Below are positions 61,200 to 64,000 of a stretch of 64,000 nt of DNA, one piece after another. The stretch covers positions 14,510,001 to 14,574,000 of the forward strand of contig CM119371.1 of NCBI GenBank assembly GCA_051294905.1. Direction: 5' to 3'. The stretch's first letter is position 1. Every line of letters starts with the position of its first letter. The notes beneath the pieces are model-generated. The model had not been told where the DNA came from. It saw only the letters and a list, made by a program, of their open reading frames with translations, and searched no databases. Made by a program: the position numbers and the translations under genes. This DNA comes from Botryllus schlosseri. Taxonomy: Eukaryota.

Positions 61200-63210
61200 C
61201 AGGGTTGTAATGACTCGAGTCATGACTCGACTCGAGTCAGACTCGAGTCACGATTTTTTTATGACTCGACTTGACTCGAGTCATTTTCTTGAAATGGGAA
61301 AATGACTCGACTCGACTCGAGTCAATATTTGGATTGACTCGACTTGTACTCGAGTCATTACGCATGACTCGACCCAAGTCATTGACTCGACTTATTTTAT
61401 ATGACTTGAAGATCAAGAAATTCGCGAATCATAATGGCTAGATCAACGCATCCGACGAATTCTGCCGACATCGCTATTTGTCACCACTGCTTTCGTTGCA
61501 CTTGTCTGATATCAGATATGCCGCCGTAAAAACAACAGAAAATGTTTCATAGTAGCAATGCATTGTTCAAAATCGTCCAGTGATGAAGAGGTAATAGATC
61601 CTCCGCAATTAAAGTACTCAAGACTTTTCAATTATAGCCTACAAGCAAACAATTGAATCAAAGTTCAATTAAAGCCAATGAAATGACTCAGATGGTGAAG
61701 AGACTGATAAGCTCATGTGTAGATTTGAAGGCCATGATTCTTTGCATTTTTGGGCGACTAGAGAATGAGTATTCAGTGCTCTTCAGTGTGGTTCAAAAAT
61801 GCTTGTCAATTCCTGCATCTAGTGCACTTGTGGAACGTGTATTCACTATTCAGTAGATGTGGATTCATTATACGGCCATGCCACATTATGCCACATTAGT
61901 ATTTTTGAGGTGTAACTCATTGATTTGATCTGCTGTCTGTGAAAACACGCCATGCTCCTCGTCCATTTGACGTTTTGTTAGGTATGTGCATTGTGCACGT
62001 GAGTAATAATGAATGGCTAATGTTGTGTGATGTTTGTACAATATGGCTGTTCTAAAATAACTTCTTTTTTATTTTACTGGGTGGTTACTTGATAAAATTG
62101 TTATGTTGCAAGGAACACTAAATCTGGCTTAATTTGAAAAAAGTGGAATCAATGATGTGAGAGGAGAATATTTTGGATTTGAAAATAAATGGAGTATTTT
62201 AGTGAGAAATTCTTTCATATAATATAGTTAGCCTACATAGTAGTAAGCCGACTATTTTTTCATATCCAAAACATTCTACTCTAATAACTTCACTTTTTCT
62301 AGTTGGAATTGAGTCAAATTTCCTATGAATCATATTTTTACACAATGTAACAATATCATGAGATAGCCGGTAAAATTCGAAAATCTCTATTTGTAATTAG
62401 TCTAAAATTTTCTTTCATAGCATTGCTTTCTACTGGTTGGAATTGAGCCAAATTTGATTTTTTAGGCAATCTAGCAATTTTAAGAAGTAGCCGGAAAATT
62501 TGAAAAAATGTTTTTGAACAGCCCCATTGTACAATTATTTATCCAATGCTGTAACTGCGATGTAGTCTGTAATGCAATTGGGAAAACCTTTAGTATAATC
62601 AAAAGGTATCTGTTCTGTTGTCACTGCACAATGCACATAGTTGTATGCACGCTTTTACAGCATGCTGGCCTGTTGTAAATACCTCTACATAAACATGCAT
62701 CCATTGATTCTCTATCAACTAGTATCTTGAATTGAATTTGTTGGTTCTCTATCAGGTAGTATGTAGACGTGAATTCGTTGGTTATTCGTGAGCTATCGTC
62801 GATGTGCTCATAATAAAATCTGAATGCTTGTATTGGTGATGCATCAGACTGACAAGAGAGATATTTGATTTTAAGTTCTAAGATTAGTAAAGTTATCTTT
62901 AGCATCGGTAAATGAGGCCAGGGCCTGTGTGCCAAGACTCTGATAGGGACAAAATGAGCATGTTTCGCAAACAGGGAATTCGATATCACCCAAGCAGGAT
63001 TGAAAACATGAATTGAACATGACTTCAATACTGTGACTTGGACTCGACTCGAGTCATAACACCATGACTCGGACTTGACCCTTCAAACGGTGACTTGGAC
63101 TCGGACTCGAGTCTGTGATGAATTGAAAATGACTCGACTCGACTCGAGTCAAAACCACAAAAGTATGATTGACTCGTGACTCGGAACCATGTGACTTGGT
63201 TACAACCCTG
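61200..63210 (+). mobile_element. Internally deleted Ac-type hAT element, GACTCGAGTC family
   Basis: CAGGGTTGTAA...TTACAACCCTG; TSD GCTGGATG; hATC remnant EYSVLFSVVQKCLSIPASSALVERVF at about 61765-61850. Confidence 0.92.
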
Positions 63211-64000
63211 GCTGGATGATGAGATCCAGAGGGAGGCTAGCTATCTTTAAATGTCGTTATAAATACCCTAGGCGAGTGTTTACATGCGCTCCATACGTAC
63301 TCTGAACGTTGGAATGCAGCTCCTGCATCCAAAAAAGTTGGGAACCACTGGTATATACGCAGGTACCGTACTTTGCTGCTAGCTATATCTCTGGGTTACG
63401 GTGTAGGTTAGGTAATAATGTATAGGAGACGGCAATATTTAGTATTTGCAAGTGGATATTCGGGACAAATCAAATGTCCAGCTCTTGGTTTAGTGGAAAT
63501 CATTAATCCGAAAACCATTTCCTTCGTGAACAAAACCAAATCGACGTTATCACGCATACACACGTCGACATAGTTGAACTCCAACGACATTGCTGGCTCT
63601 TCGGATTTGATAGGGTAGCGTTATCTCCTAAAGTCGTGTTCAATATATATATTTAACGGTTACTATGGGGCTTATTTAGCCAAGCGGCTAATTTTTTAAA
63701 CGCTGGAATCGCTTTAAATAATATCCACAAATTCATCATAAATATTAACTGCTATCCACCTGAAATCGTCCACATATTTGCGAATTGGTAGACTTGGCGA
63801 TTGATTTGATATGGACGGGTACAGGTTGGAAAGCTCCGTTTTCAATTAAGCAATCTGCTTTGGTGTAGAAGTTACAATTCAAATTGAACATGAAATCGGT
63901 TGAGAATATGGAATGCCTCATCGTAATTGCATTTTATATGTCCACTGTCTATATGACTGACTCTTGTTAGTTTACGCTTCGCAAGCACGCTATACAACAT

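Larger units (their letters stand above)
60006..63350. mobile_element. hAT Charlie-type MITE hosting two GACTC-family elements
   Basis: CAGTGATTCCCAA...TTGGGAACCACTG; flanks GTATATC / GTATATAC. Confidence 0.75.

Overview
AT-rich, transposon-dense metazoan DNA, probably an invertebrate deuterostome such as an ascidian (inference from 58-76 nt introns and the repeat families). It is not prokaryotic, so most ORFs in the supplied track are spurious. One host protein-coding gene spans about 12.6-55.9 kb on the + strand: a class C GPCR of the metabotropic glutamate receptor family, rebuilt by hand into 22 GT-AG exons (about 865 aa). It has an altered distal ligand pocket and an apparent frameshift in exon 14. 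An intact tRNA-Arg(UCG) lies at 7089-7161. Intron 16 (16,974 nt) is almost entirely one 16.5-kb Polinton/Maverick-type element (AGTAGT...ACTACT termini, 6-bp TSD GTCGTG). It has no recognisable genes, about 2.5-kb inverted arms, and a five-level transposon nest. An orphan adenain-type (Polinton) protease fragment lies about 2 kb downstream in intron 17. The rest is nested hAT MITEs, decayed hATm, P/Galileo-like, ISL2EU/Harbinger and Penelope elements (with minimal hammerhead motifs), and tRNA-derived SINEs. All boundaries and similarities were read by eye; no searches or alignments were run.
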